The notes under the pieces: model-generated
The model's database searches: none
Told to the model about the DNA's origin: nothing
The model's input: the letters and a program-made list of their open reading frames with translations, nothing else
Assembly (NCBI GenBank): GCA_947053925.1
Contig: CAMRUG010000001.1
Coordinates: forward strand, 68,768 to 132,767
From: an uncultured Clostridia bacterium
GTDB lineage: Bacteria > Bacillota > Clostridia > Christensenellales > CAG-314
Length of the DNA: 64,000 nucleotides
Direction of reading: 5' to 3'
Program-made: the position numbers and the translations under genes
Shown: one piece after another, positions 1 to 10,931 of the stretch
Numbering within the stretch: the stretch's first letter is position 1
Layout of the letters: each line of letters begins with the position of its first letter

Positions 1-1085
1 TTACCAACGGGGCTGTTTTGTTCGGAAATATTACAAGACAGTTTCCTGAACCGAGTGAAGAAGTAAACGACGGCGATGCCGAGAGCTTAAACCGTCATTT
101 AGAATACGACAGACAGCGTCAGGCGTGGACTTTGGGACTTGCACCGCAGACTTATGCTATACAAATAAATGTGCCGTTGTACATAGTCAATTCTGCAAAC
201 AGTCATTATGTCGATTTAAATACCGCCAATAAAATGGCAAGCCGTTTAAACCATCATTGTAGATATCTGATATTGCCAAATGCCTTGGATTATTTTTCCG
301 ACAGGTATTTTGAAAGTTTGGTCAAGTGGCTTAAAGGCGCGCAAGTGCCGGTTGTTTCGCAGTTGAATTCTTTTACGGATTCTAACGGCGACTATTGTTT
401 AAAAGTGCAAACGTCGAGTTCTATCAACAAGACTTCGGTATATTATTGCACCAATCCGCGCAATCGTGCAAGGTATTGGCGTAAAGCCAAGCTGGTTAAA
501 GACGGCTCATATTACGTTGCAAAACCGGATTTGTACGAAAAGCAAAACGAAATTGTCGCATACGCTTTGTTTGACAGAGAAGTTGCGATTTCCACATTGC
601 TATTTAAAGACTCGGTTACGGTCGCACGTCCGAAGATAGTAAACAAAAATATATTTAGCGGTAACGGCGAGCAAAAATTGATACGTTTGGATATATCCGA
701 CAGATGGCTGAATGTGCCGTTAGAACAGCAGCTTACCGAAGGATATTTGGAAATAGTTGGGGCGCAAGGCAAAAAATTCGCCACATTTGCAATAGCCGAC
801 AGCAGTCTTAGTAGCAACGGTGCGTTTACTCTCGGTTTTGATATTTGCAGTAATGTCCGTCAAAAAATGGAAGTTTACGGAATTTGCGATTTCGGCGGAA
901 AAGACCTTAAGTACCATCAAATTGTAGATCTTATGGGCGACGGTAAATGGCAACGCGTAACTGTAGACAAGGATAATTTCCGTAGAGTAGACGACGACAA
1001 GCAAATATCGGAAGAAGAAATACTGGATTTGATAGTTATTTCTGCCGATGAAGAAATAATAATCAATAATATGTTTTTAGTATGA
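1..1085 (+). CDS. Hypothetical protein, probably 5'-truncated by the window edge
   Basis: The frame is open from the window start (acc aac ggg gct gtt ttg...). The stop overlaps the next ATG (ATGA). No family confidently recognised. Confidence 0.6.
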   Translation, partial: TNGAVLFGNITRQFPEPSEEVNDGDAESLNRHLEYDRQRQAWTLGLAPQTYAIQINVPLYIVNSANSHYVDLNTANKMASRLNHHCRYLILPNALDYFSDRYFESLVKWLKGAQVPVVSQLNSFTDSNGDYCLKVQTSSSINKTSVYYCTNPRNRARYWRKAKLVKDGSYYVAKPDLYEKQNEIVAYALFDREVAISTLLFKDSVTVARPKIVNKNIFSGNGEQKLIRLDISDRWLNVPLEQQLTEGYLEIVGAQGKKFATFAIADSSLSSNGAFTLGFDICSNVRQKMEVYGICDFGGKDLKYHQIVDLMGDGKWQRVTVDKDNFRRVDDDKQISEEEILDLIVISADEEIIINNMFLV

Positions 1086-1267
1086 TTTCCTATTCTGTTG
1101 GACAAACTGTAAAAACGAGAAAACCTCACGCGTGCGGCTCTTACGAGTGGGAGATTACGCGCGTAGGCGCAGATTACAAATTGAAGTGTATCAAATGCGG
1201 TCGCATAGTGATGCTAAACAGCGATAAATTTCACAAGGCGGTTATTGAAAGTGGAAAACCAAGATAA
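1082..1267 (+). CDS. DUF951 family small protein
   Basis: KPHACGSYEWEITRVGADYKLKCIKCGRIVML matches the DUF951 (YyzM-like) pattern. Confidence 0.85.
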   Translation: MISYSVGQTVKTRKPHACGSYEWEITRVGADYKLKCIKCGRIVMLNSDKFHKAVIESGKPR

Positions 1268-1958
1268 CGTACAACAAGACGTTGCCGAGCAAGTTTCGGT
1301 AATAGTTGACGATATTACAAAGAAGAAAAAGACTAAAAAAGAATTGATAATCAATATTTTTTTGATTATAGCCGTTGTTATACTGTTGCTTACGCTTGTA
1401 TTGAAGCTTTTCGTCATAACAAGCGTGGGTATAGAAGGCGATTCTATGCTGCCGACTTTTTACGACGGCAATATGATTTTTGTCAACAAGACTGTTCAGC
1501 CTGAGCGCGGCGACGTTGTGGTATTTTACAAAAGAAACATTGACAGTAAGTTTAAGGCGCTTTTTGCAAGCAAAAAGAACCGCGGTAAAGACGGCAAATA
1601 CGCAATGTTAATTAAGCGCGTCGTGGCTTTGGGCGGAGATAAAATTTGGGTAGAAGAAGTCCAAAACAATCTGTATAAAGTGTTTATAGAAACTCCGACA
1701 GGCGAACAGCTTACCGAAAATTACTACACTAAAAAAGGAGTATTGTTAGAAGAAAACTTTTTTTTGATTATTAACTCCGGCGATATTGCAAGCAGTAAAC
1801 TCGGTAATCTAAAAGCACACACCAAAGACAATCCGTTAACCGTTACCGAAGGCAATATGTACGTTATGGGAGACAACCGCGCAAACAGTGCGGATTCCCG
1901 CGGAGAACTAGGAGAAGTACCGTTAGACAGGTTGTTTGGCGTAATGATTGATAAATAA
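1245..1958 (+). CDS. lepB: Signal peptidase I
   Basis: N-terminal TM helix, GDSMLPT (catalytic Ser), IKRVVALGGD (catalytic Lys), GDNRANSADSR. Confidence 0.95.
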   Translation: MKVENQDNVQQDVAEQVSVIVDDITKKKKTKKELIINIFLIIAVVILLLTLVLKLFVITSVGIEGDSMLPTFYDGNMIFVNKTVQPERGDVVVFYKRNIDSKFKALFASKKNRGKDGKYAMLIKRVVALGGDKIWVEEVQNNLYKVFIETPTGEQLTENYYTKKGVLLEENFFLIINSGDIASSKLGNLKAHTKDNPLTVTEGNMYVMGDNRANSADSRGELGEVPLDRLFGVMIDK

Positions 1959-1988
1959 CCGTAAAAATTTTATAAGAATATATTTTTC

Positions 1989-2017
1989 AAAACGCAACGG
2001 AAAACCGTTGCGTTTTT
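1989..2017 (+). terminator. Intrinsic terminator after lepB
   Basis: AAAACGCAACGG-aaaa-CCGTTGCGTTTT plus T run. Confidence 0.8.
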
Positions 2018-2393
2018 GTAGTTTTATAGCAAATTCAATTACGGCCGTTTAACTTTCAATGTAGTTTTTTGAATCAAGAAACTTGTTACTATTGAGAAAA
2101 TTGAAATTAAATAAATTATGCGTGATTTTTATATTATTCAGTTTACTGAAACACGCAAAAAACATCAGCCGATAAAAATGTTTAGCAATCGGACAAGGTT
2201 TAATTTTAAACGTTGTAAAAAGAACAAATTTTCGTGCGATCGAATCATTTTTTAATTGCAGTTAAAACCGTTGTTTATCAACTAAGATTTCGGTTTGCGT
2301 TTTTGATTGTCGTTGATTTTAATTGCAAAACAGTTCAACCGTAAAGTTGATATTTGTAAGTTGAAAGAAAAAATATATTTTAAAGAATTGTAT

Positions 2394-2423
2394 GTATAAA
2401 TCAACTTGTTTTACGCAAAAATT
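2394..2423 (+). promoter_or_regulatory. Putative forespore (SigF/SigG-type) promoter of the ger operon
   Basis: GTATA (2394-2398), about 16 nt, then GCAAAAATT (2415-2423), resembling the SigF/G consensus, directly upstream of gerA. Confidence 0.45.
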
Positions 2424-2429
2424 TAGGAT

Positions 2430-3842
2430 ATGAAAGAAAACAATTTACAAAAATTTCTCGCAATATATTCGGGAGACGACGACGTACGTATCAGGGAAGT
2501 TTCGTGCGGAATCGAACTGACCGTTGTTTGTCTGGATACTATGTGCGATGACAAAAAGGTAAGCAGTTACGTTTTGCAGCCGTTAGTGTATGCCGAAGGA
2601 GCAACGGATATAAGCGCGGTAAAAACAACGCTTATGGCGGGCGCCGTGGTTAGCAAAACCGTCAATTTACAATCTGCTATCGAAGATTTTGTTAACGGCT
2701 ATACGCTTGTTTGGGACAGTAAGGGCAACTGCTTGTCGGTTGATACGCGTACGACGATAGGCAGGGCGGTGGCAGAACCGCCTACGTCTATGGTATTGCG
2801 CGGTCCGCGCGAAGGTTTTGTGGAAGATTTAAAAGTCAACATTACCTTACTTCGCAAACGGTTAAAAACGACAAGTTTCAAAGCAATCAATATAAACGTC
2901 GGTAAGTACACTAATACGGCAGTGTCTATTTGCTATATAGACGGAATTGCCGATCAAACAATAGTGGAAAAAATAACACAGCAACTGCAGGCGATAGATA
3001 CCGACGCTATTTTGGATAGCAGTTATCTTGCGCGTTATTTGGATACAAACAAAACGATTTTGTTTAGACGCGTAGGTATAACCGAAAAACCCGACATTGC
3101 CGTTGCCAAAATGATAGAGGGGCGCGTTGCGATAGTTGTGGACGGTTCTCCTATGGTGTTGACTTTACCGTATCTGTTCGTGGAGGATATGCAGAGTCCG
3201 GGAGACTATTACGAAAATTCTTCTATTACCGTATTCGGACGTATACTGCGTTTTGTAAGTGTATTAGCGTCCGTTTTACTGCCGTCGCTATACGTTTGCT
3301 TACAGGTGTACAATTATCAGATAATTCCGCTCAAATTTTTAATTACGATAATGAACGCGTCTGAGGCAATACCGTTTTCTCCTCTTGCCGAGATGCTGTT
3401 AGTATTGATTATTTTTGATATTTTACGCGAAGCAAATTTGCGTATGCCGTCGGCAGTAGGTATCTCTTTGTCGCTTGTCGGCGCAATAGTACTGGGAGAC
3501 GCCGCAGTAAAAGCGGGGCTATTGGGCGCTCCTGCCGTTATGATAGGCGCGCTTTCGGGTATCGGTTTGTTTACTTTGCCCGACAATACTCTCGTAATGT
3601 CGCTTATGCGGTTAATCGTAACTTTTTTAGGCGGAGTTATGGGTCTTTTGGGAGTAACGCTTGCAACAATCGTAACGTTGTTGTACCTTGCTTCGTTACA
3701 AAACAACAAAACCCCGTTTTTGGCGCCATTTGCACCTAATATACCTAACGACAGACAAGACGCTATAGGACAAAAGCCCGTGCCCGATATGGATAAACGT
3801 CCCGAGTCTATACCTAACGAAAACAAAACCAGGAGGGGCTAA
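2430..3842 (+). CDS. Spore germination receptor A subunit (GerAA/GerKA family)
   Basis: EPPTSMVLRGPREGFVE, TEKPDIAVAKMIEGRVAIVVDGSP, DILREANLRMP, VGAIVLGDAAV motifs. Confidence 0.95.
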   Translation: MKENNLQKFLAIYSGDDDVRIREVSCGIELTVVCLDTMCDDKKVSSYVLQPLVYAEGATDISAVKTTLMAGAVVSKTVNLQSAIEDFVNGYTLVWDSKGNCLSVDTRTTIGRAVAEPPTSMVLRGPREGFVEDLKVNITLLRKRLKTTSFKAININVGKYTNTAVSICYIDGIADQTIVEKITQQLQAIDTDAILDSSYLARYLDTNKTILFRRVGITEKPDIAVAKMIEGRVAIVVDGSPMVLTLPYLFVEDMQSPGDYYENSSITVFGRILRFVSVLASVLLPSLYVCLQVYNYQIIPLKFLITIMNASEAIPFSPLAEMLLVLIIFDILREANLRMPSAVGISLSLVGAIVLGDAAVKAGLLGAPAVMIGALSGIGLFTLPDNTLVMSLMRLIVTFLGGVMGLLGVTLATIVTLLYLASLQNNKTPFLAPFAPNIPNDRQDAIGQKPVPDMDKRPESIPNENKTRRG

Positions 3843-4945
3843 TGGAAAAAAATAAAGTCGGTATTAACCAACTTGCCCTTATGTATTTGTTAGCTATTGC
3901 CGGCGGAAAGTTTCTCAACTTGCCGAGTATTTTGGCAAAAGACGTCGGGCATGACAGTTGGTTAACTCTTTTGTTCGGATTTGTGTTTGACGCAGTATGT
4001 CTAACGTTTTTGTTGTGGGCAATTAAACTCAATCAAAAAAAACAACTCGATTTGTCGACTATCCTTGACAAAACCGTAAGTAAAGTTGTAAGCAAAATAA
4101 TAATGGTGCTGTTTTTTGTGATTTTTATAATACGCACAAATATACTGCTTGCTTCGTGCTATAAACTATTTGCGGTTACATTCGACGTCAGCACGAATTG
4201 GATAGTTTATGCTTTACCTATTGCCGCGATCGGTTTTTTGGCGGTGCAGTTGGGATTTAATTCGATTGCGCGTACTAGTCAACTGCTGTTTGGTATAATT
4301 TTTTTGGCAGTACTGGTATTGATATTATCGCCCGTTACGCAAGTGGAATTTACTTCGTTACTGCCTATCGGAGAAGCAGGTTTCGGTAAAATTGTAGGAA
4401 CGTTCTTTAAGCGCAGTTTTTGGTTTTCCGATTACTTGTTTATATATTTTGTGTTTGACAGTATAAAAGTCAAAAACAACAGAGTGTTCCTGCCTATTTT
4501 ATCTGCGTTTGCAGTAGGCGCAGTGATGACGATTGCAATGAACGCAATTTTCGTATCTTTATACGGCAGTCTTTCGCAAGATATCGAATTGGCTTTAAGC
4601 AAAATCGGAGTATACTTTGTGTCTAATTCTTCAAACGGCAGATGGGACTGGATTACGTTATCCGTATGGTTAATATCGGTGTTTTTAAAAATAATGGTAT
4701 TTATTTACTGCGCGTATAAATGTTTAGAAAAACTGTTTGAGTTCAAATCTGCAAAGTTAAACGTTTACGCCGTAATTTTTATTACACTAACACTTATGTT
4801 GCCTATGTTCGTATCTACCGATATGCTTTTGTCAACGGTCGTGGCGTGGGGTATGATACCGTTTTGCATCGTTCAATATTTACTTCCTATATCAATGCCG
4901 TTTCTTACAAAACTTGCAAACAGTAAATTGGAGAAGAGCGTATGA
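3842..4945 (+). CDS. Spore germination receptor B subunit (GerAB/GerKB family)
   Basis: About 10 TM helices, LPSILAKDVGHDSWL motif, position between the A and C subunits. Confidence 0.85.
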   Translation: MEKNKVGINQLALMYLLAIAGGKFLNLPSILAKDVGHDSWLTLLFGFVFDAVCLTFLLWAIKLNQKKQLDLSTILDKTVSKVVSKIIMVLFFVIFIIRTNILLASCYKLFAVTFDVSTNWIVYALPIAAIGFLAVQLGFNSIARTSQLLFGIIFLAVLVLILSPVTQVEFTSLLPIGEAGFGKIVGTFFKRSFWFSDYLFIYFVFDSIKVKNNRVFLPILSAFAVGAVMTIAMNAIFVSLYGSLSQDIELALSKIGVYFVSNSSNGRWDWITLSVWLISVFLKIMVFIYCAYKCLEKLFEFKSAKLNVYAVIFITLTLMLPMFVSTDMLLSTVVAWGMIPFCIVQYLLPISMPFLTKLANSKLEKSV

Positions 4946-6063
4946 GTAATATAAAACGTATAGCAGTGTTTGTCGTAATAATTCTTTTTGTCGTTTTGGT
5001 TGCGTCGAGTTTTGTCGGAAGCGAAATTTTAGACCGTGCGATTATTATAGGTTTGGGCGTGGACAAGGCGGAAAACGGAGTTAAAATAACGGCGGAAGTC
5101 GTAAGTCCCGGAAACGGATCGGAACAAATAGGAACATACAGCAAAACCGTTACCGCAGTAGGCGACAGTGTAGGACAGGCGCTAAACCGCATAGCGGAAT
5201 TGACGGGAAAAGAAGCGTCTCTCGGAAGGTGTTTGCTGATAGTGTTGGGACAGGATTTGTACGAGAATGTAGATTTTAGCGACGTTATCGAGTACTTTAT
5301 CAGGTCGGATAGTTTTAAAGAAAGTTCGGCTATTTGCTGTTCGCAAGGTTCGGCAGAAGATATTATGAACAAAGGTTCTGCGCTTTCGCAAAGCGTTTCG
5401 TTGGCATTGACTGCGCTTATACAGGACCAATCGGAAAAAGTCGCAATAGTAACAAATAACTTGTTAGATTATACTTTGAGTCAAAGAGAGTTGTTTAAAA
5501 CGGGCTTTTTAAATAAAGTGAGTTTTGTGTCGTCGCAAAACACCGATTCTAACAATCCCGATAAAGATCAGGGATATTTCGTTTTGGACGAAACGGTAGT
5601 TTTTAAAAGCAACCGGTATTTATATTCGATGGATAAGGAAGAAACCAAAGCATACGCTTTGTTTGACGACAAGGTTTTGGGAGACACGTTCTCTTCCGAC
5701 GCTTCTGGCAAGTTGCTTACTTTAAACGTCAACAGTAAAAAAGTAGACAAGAAAATAAACGGAAATCAGGTGGAAATAAATATTAAACTGTATGCGAAAC
5801 TTGCCCGTACAGACAGCGCGGATGTTGAAGGAATATTCGTCTCAAAGGATAAAACGGAAATTCCCAAAGAGACGATAGACGACATAACAAATTACGCGAC
5901 AACCATTGCCGAAACGCTTATTAACAAACAAATCGAGTACAATTTCGACATTCTCGACATTCACGAATTGTTCAGACAAAAGCAAGGAACAAGCGAGGAA
6001 CTCTCCAACAAACCCATGAGTGAACTGCCTGTAAAACTGAAAGTGGAAATCGTAGAAAAATAA
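4942..6063 (+). CDS. Spore germination receptor C subunit (Ger(x)C family)
   Basis: EILDRAIIIGLGVDK N-terminal motif, third gene of the operon. Confidence 0.85.
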   Translation: MSNIKRIAVFVVIILFVVLVASSFVGSEILDRAIIIGLGVDKAENGVKITAEVVSPGNGSEQIGTYSKTVTAVGDSVGQALNRIAELTGKEASLGRCLLIVLGQDLYENVDFSDVIEYFIRSDSFKESSAICCSQGSAEDIMNKGSALSQSVSLALTALIQDQSEKVAIVTNNLLDYTLSQRELFKTGFLNKVSFVSSQNTDSNNPDKDQGYFVLDETVVFKSNRYLYSMDKEETKAYALFDDKVLGDTFSSDASGKLLTLNVNSKKVDKKINGNQVEINIKLYAKLARTDSADVEGIFVSKDKTEIPKETIDDITNYATTIAETLINKQIEYNFDILDIHELFRQKQGTSEELSNKPMSELPVKLKVEIVEK

Positions 6064-6206
6064 CAAATTTTCTATTGTTTTTTTATCTCTTTTTTTACTT
6101 CTACGTTTGACGGCGCAAATGATTTGTGCTATCATTTTTTAGTAATTATTATAGCGTATCTATCCGTTATTTTATATGGGCGCTAAAATAATACAGAGGT
6201 AAAAAA

Positions 6207-7445
6207 ATGGAACTGTTAAATTTTCTTAATACAAGCTATACAGCGTATCACACAACTGATAATGTGTGTAAATATTTGTTAAAACAAGGCTTTAAAAAGC
6301 TTGTTATGGGAGAGTTCTGGAAACTTGAAACGGGCGGCAAATACTTTGTTTCACGCAACGGCAGTTCGGTAATAGCGTTTAAAATAGGCAAAAAGCATTC
6401 GTTTAACATTTGCGAAAGTCATACGGACAGTCCTTCTTTAAAGATTAAGGGAGACAAACTCGTAAGCGGAGATATTATACGTTTAAACACCGAAACTTAC
6501 GGCGGCGGCTTGCTGTATACTTATTTGGACAGACCGCTTAAAATTGCCGGCAGAGTCGTCGTTCAAACGGCAAACGGCGTAGAACAGCGTCTTGTAACAA
6601 GCAAGTACAATGTAGTTATACCCAGTTTAGCAATTCATCACAATCCGTCGGCTAACGACTCGTTGTCTTTGAACATTCAGCGCGATATGCTTCCGTTATT
6701 TGCGCAGACAGATACGGAGCTGTACAAAACTCTGTCGGACGGAAATGTATTGGACGCCGATTTGTATGTCGTTCCCGCTACGGAAGCGTTTTACAGCGGT
6801 GCAAACGGAGAATTCCTCAGTTCGGCAAGATTGGACAATCTTACAAGCGTTTATTCGAGTGTTCGCGCACTTGCCGAAAGCAAAGAAAAATGTATATCCG
6901 TTGCGGCGTGTTTGGATAACGAAGAAATCGGTAGCGGCACGCGTCAGGGAGCGCCGTCATTTATAGAACAGGTTATCGAATCTATCGCTCAGGCGTTAAA
7001 TATGACGGAAATAGATATTATCAACGCAAAAGAAAACGGAATGGTGTTATCGGTGGATAACGGTCATGCCGCTCATCCGTCGCATTTAGAAAAAGCAGAT
7101 ATAGTTAATAAAACTCTGCTCAATTGCGGCATTGTAATAAAACACCACGTCAATTATGCGACAGACGGATTGAGTTCTGCAATTTTCAAAAAACTTTTGT
7201 CAAATTTCGGCATATTATATCAAGACTACTATAACCGTAGCGACGTAAGATGCGGAAGTACCTTGGGGTTGGCAACTTCCCGACAGTTGGGAATGAAAAC
7301 CTGCGATATAGGAATAGCAGAACTCGCAATGCACTCTGCGTGCGAAACTTGCGGCGCAAAAGATATTGACATAATGACGGCAGGGCTCAAAGCCTTTTTG
7401 TCGGCAGATATTGACGGAACGGAGAGCGAAGTAGTAATAAAATAA
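6207..7445 (+). CDS. M18 family (aspartyl) aminopeptidase
   Basis: SHTDSP, ETYGGGL, SARLDNL, DNEEIGS, CGSTLG, AMHSACE motifs. Confidence 0.93.
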   Translation: MELLNFLNTSYTAYHTTDNVCKYLLKQGFKKLVMGEFWKLETGGKYFVSRNGSSVIAFKIGKKHSFNICESHTDSPSLKIKGDKLVSGDIIRLNTETYGGGLLYTYLDRPLKIAGRVVVQTANGVEQRLVTSKYNVVIPSLAIHHNPSANDSLSLNIQRDMLPLFAQTDTELYKTLSDGNVLDADLYVVPATEAFYSGANGEFLSSARLDNLTSVYSSVRALAESKEKCISVAACLDNEEIGSGTRQGAPSFIEQVIESIAQALNMTEIDIINAKENGMVLSVDNGHAAHPSHLEKADIVNKTLLNCGIVIKHHVNYATDGLSSAIFKKLLSNFGILYQDYYNRSDVRCGSTLGLATSRQLGMKTCDIGIAELAMHSACETCGAKDIDIMTAGLKAFLSADIDGTESEVVIK

Positions 7446-7456
7446 CGGGGCGTTAA

Positions 7457-9115
7457 ATGAAAGATTACACTAAGGAATACAAAGTCTGGCAGGAAAAAGT
7501 AACAGATTCGGCGGTATTGAAAAGTTTGGCAGAAATGGACGAAGAAGAAATCTGCAACGCTTTTTCTAAAAATTTAGAATTCGGCACGGGCGGACTTCGC
7601 GGCATAATGAGTGCTGGCACGGACAGAATGAACGTTTACACGGTTTACAGAGCAACCGAGGGTTTGGCAAAGTATATGCAAAGTCATTCTTTTAATACTT
7701 GTGCCGTTACATACGATTCACGCTTGAACAGCGAAGCGTTTGGAAAAATCGTTGCCGCGACACTGGCGTCAAACAATATAACCGTCTACTTGACCAAGGA
7801 GTGTATGCCGACGCCGTTTCTGTCTTTTATGGTAAGGCATCTCCGTTGCGATATGGGCGTAAATATTACTGCAAGTCATAATCCGTCGGAGTATAACGGT
7901 TACAAAGCGTATGACAGTAACGGCTGTCAATTGACAGATTCCGCGGCGATGGAAGTTACGTCTTATATTAACGCGGTAGAACTTTTTAAAAGTCCGTTAC
8001 CTAATTTTGACTTTTATTTAAACGATAAAATCATTTATTGCGACGAACTGGTAGAACAGGAATATATCGCAAATGTTTTAAACGAAAGTTTAGGCAGTGC
8101 CGACGGTCTTTGCGCGGTATATACGCCGTTAAACGGAGTAGGACACCGAATTGTCCCCGAAGTGCTGAAAAAAGCAGGACTAACGGAATTGCACATTGTG
8201 CCCGAACAGTCTATGCCTGACGGACATTTTGCAACCTGTCCGTATCCTAATCCGGAGAAAGCCGAAGCGTTAACATTGGCAGTACAACTGGCACAGAAAA
8301 ATAATGCTGATATTGTTCTTGCTACCGACCCCGATAGCGACAGATTAGGCGTCGTAGTAAATACGGGCAAGGGTTTTGTTCAACTTAACGGCAACGAAGT
8401 GGGAGTACTTTTGTTAGATTACGTTTTGTCTAAACTTAAAGAAACGGGCAAACTTCCCGACAATCCCGTTGTAGTCAAAACGATTGTTACTTCTAAAATG
8501 GCAGACGTTGTTGCGCATAAGTACGGCGCAACGGTTACAAATGTACTGACGGGATTTAAATATATCGGCGACGTGATAAACAAACTGCAGAAAAAAGGGC
8601 AGGAAAAAAGATATGTCTTCGGTTTTGAAGAAAGTTGCGGATATTTAAAAGGAACGTATGTGCGCGATAAGGACGGAATAGTCGCGGCAATGTTGGTTGC
8701 AGAGTGCGCCGCAATGTGTAAAAAACAGGGCAAAACTCTTTACGAGCATATTCAAGAACTCTATGCGCAATTCGGCAATTACTGCCTTAAAACAATCAGT
8801 TACCGTTTTGAAGGGATGAAAGGTTTCGAAATCAAAAACAAATTGCTTACAGAACTTCGTACGCATCCGTTTTTAACTCTCGGCGACAGCAGTGTAATCA
8901 ATACTGTCGATTATTTAACCCAAACAAAGTTAGATTTGCCAAAATCGAACGTTATGCAGTTTAACAGCGAAGACGGCAGTCAACTTATTATACGCCCAAG
9001 CGGAACAGAGCCTTTGATTAAATGTTATATCACAACGACAGGCGATAAAGCGGAAACAAAAAGACGTTATAATGCAATTAAAGCGCAAACAGACAAACGG
9101 TTTTCAATTGATTAA
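7457..9115 (+). CDS. pgm: Phosphoglucomutase/phosphomannomutase
   Basis: LEFGTGGLRG, ITASHNP (phospho-Ser), DPDSDR metal site, FEESCGY, IRPSGTEP. Confidence 0.93.
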   Translation: MKDYTKEYKVWQEKVTDSAVLKSLAEMDEEEICNAFSKNLEFGTGGLRGIMSAGTDRMNVYTVYRATEGLAKYMQSHSFNTCAVTYDSRLNSEAFGKIVAATLASNNITVYLTKECMPTPFLSFMVRHLRCDMGVNITASHNPSEYNGYKAYDSNGCQLTDSAAMEVTSYINAVELFKSPLPNFDFYLNDKIIYCDELVEQEYIANVLNESLGSADGLCAVYTPLNGVGHRIVPEVLKKAGLTELHIVPEQSMPDGHFATCPYPNPEKAEALTLAVQLAQKNNADIVLATDPDSDRLGVVVNTGKGFVQLNGNEVGVLLLDYVLSKLKETGKLPDNPVVVKTIVTSKMADVVAHKYGATVTNVLTGFKYIGDVINKLQKKGQEKRYVFGFEESCGYLKGTYVRDKDGIVAAMLVAECAAMCKKQGKTLYEHIQELYAQFGNYCLKTISYRFEGMKGFEIKNKLLTELRTHPFLTLGDSSVINTVDYLTQTKLDLPKSNVMQFNSEDGSQLIIRPSGTEPLIKCYITTTGDKAETKRRYNAIKAQTDKRFSID

Positions 9116-9141
9116 ATATCATATAAACTACAGTTCAATAA

Positions 9142-9175
9142 AAAAGGACAACTATTTTCTGACAGTTGTCCTTTT
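9142..9175. terminator. Bidirectional terminator between convergent genes
   Basis: AAAAGGACAACT...AGTTGTCCTTTT. Confidence 0.8.
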
Positions 9176-9189
9176 GTTCTTTTTTGTAA

Positions 9190-10017
9190 TTACTTCAAAT
9201 CGGCTTTTTCAAACGTAAAGTAACCGCTTACGATAAACACGCCCGAGAATATCGCGTAATACAACAATATTTTGCCGACAAGCGCGCCGTTTACTGCCGC
9301 CGCATTGAATAAACTTGCATTGACAAACGGCATCCAACTGATAAACGCTTCCGACAGCGTATTGCCCTGAAACGCTTCGCCGACAGTAATAATACTTACT
9401 ATTATACTGAATAGAGCAGGAACAAACCGCGTAATCAATATGGGGAACAAAACCGTAGCCCATTGTTTGCGCACAGAGAATAAAAACATTATTACGCAAG
9501 TTTGGACAAACACAACCGCGCATATTCCCAATGCTAAACTGCATAAAAAGCCCGTAGCCGCATCTCCTGCAGGTAAATCGTTAAACCCGAATATGGGTAA
9601 TACGAAAATCAGCGTAGAAATAAAATAAGTAAGCAAATATGCAATACCTATAAAGATTGCAACAATCAAGTATGCAAAGAACAGTTGTTTGCGGCTTTTG
9701 TTTGCAAGAATTGCGTTGCGCATCGTTCCGTCGGTAAATTCCTTGCTTAGTATGACGCTTGAAGAAATCAACGACAGTAAAAATATATTGCCGGATACGT
9801 TTGGTAACTCCGAAAGGGTTAACGGCGTTACGCCTATTGTATGCAGTAAATACGATATGTTGTTGGAATCTGTGCCGCCTATCGCATCGATAAGACTGAC
9901 GAGCCCTACAAGTGCAAGAGAAAGCAATATGGGCGCGGCAAAACAAATTGCCAGCATTATCCAAAACAGTTTACTTTTAATAAGACGGAAAAACTCTACT
10001 CGTAAAATATTTATCAT
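9190..10017 (-). CDS. ABC-2 type transporter permease
   Basis: Six TM helices, SKEFTDGTMRNAIL and C-terminal FEKADLK motifs. Confidence 0.88.
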   Translation of the reverse strand: MINILRVEFFRLIKSKLFWIMLAICFAAPILLSLALVGLVSLIDAIGGTDSNNISYLLHTIGVTPLTLSELPNVSGNIFLLSLISSSVILSKEFTDGTMRNAILANKSRKQLFFAYLIVAIFIGIAYLLTYFISTLIFVLPIFGFNDLPAGDAATGFLCSLALGICAVVFVQTCVIMFLFSVRKQWATVLFPILITRFVPALFSIIVSIITVGEAFQGNTLSEAFISWMPFVNASLFNAAAVNGALVGKILLYYAIFSGVFIVSGYFTFEKADLK

Positions 10018-10931
10018 AAAGAAGTTCCTCCTTTATTGTTTCTCGATTCGCGTACTATATTTATGTAGTAGTCTTCGAGAGAGTCTCCCAGTTGTACAAC
10101 GTTTGTAACCGTTATGCCTGCTTGCGCTAACGAAAGCATTGCCTGCGTTATGGGAGTTTCGGAATAAAGTTCTAATTCGTTAGCGGAAACGGCTTCCGTT
10201 TTGCCGTATTGAGACAAGGTTTCTTTTGCCGCTTCCAAATTGTCCACTTTAAAGCGAATGCGTTTTCCGTTGGCATTTTGCAGTTCGTCGGCGGTTACAC
10301 GCGTCAAAACAGAGCCTCTGTCCATAATATAAAATTCGGTGGCAAATTTGCTCAATTCGGATAATATATGGCTGGATACGAGCAGAGTAGTACCTAGTTC
10401 TTTGTTGAGTTTTACAAAAATCTCGCGCATATCGAAGATGCCTTGCGGATCGAGCCCGTTAGTAGGTTCGTCAAGCAACAGCAATTGCGGTTTACCTACA
10501 AGGGTCATTGCTATTGCTAAACGCTGTTTCATTCCGAGAGAATAATTTTTTACTTTCTTGTTGGATTCGGGATCGAGTCCTACAAGTCTTACGGTAGATT
10601 TAAGGTATTCTTTGTCAACTACTATTCCGAGCAGTTTGCTTTGTATCGTCAAATTGTCCATTGCCGACATATTTGTGTATATCGACGGTCTTTCAACGAT
10701 TGCGGCAACGTCGTTATCGCGGCGTTCTTGACTAGGTAACAATGAGAAAGTTCCCGAAGTGGGCTTAACAAGTCCCGTAAGCAAGCGGATTAAAGTCGTT
10801 TTTCCTGCGCCGTTTTGACCTACAAGTCCGACTATCGCGCCGCGTTCAATCTCTATACTCACATTGTTAACAACGGTTTTGCCGTTGTAAGTTTTACAGA
10901 GATTTTTGGTTGAAATCATTATGTCCGCCAT
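10014..10931 (-). CDS. ABC transporter ATP-binding protein (BcrA/lantibiotic-immunity-like)
   Basis: GQNGAGKTT, YSLGMKQRL, LLLDEPTNGLDP. Confidence 0.92.
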   Translation of the reverse strand: MADIMISTKNLCKTYNGKTVVNNVSIEIERGAIVGLVGQNGAGKTTLIRLLTGLVKPTSGTFSLLPSQERRDNDVAAIVERPSIYTNMSAMDNLTIQSKLLGIVVDKEYLKSTVRLVGLDPESNKKVKNYSLGMKQRLAIAMTLVGKPQLLLLDEPTNGLDPQGIFDMREIFVKLNKELGTTLLVSSHILSELSKFATEFYIMDRGSVLTRVTADELQNANGKRIRFKVDNLEAAKETLSQYGKTEAVSANELELYSETPITQAMLSLAQAGITVTNVVQLGDSLEDYYINIVRESRNNKGGTSL

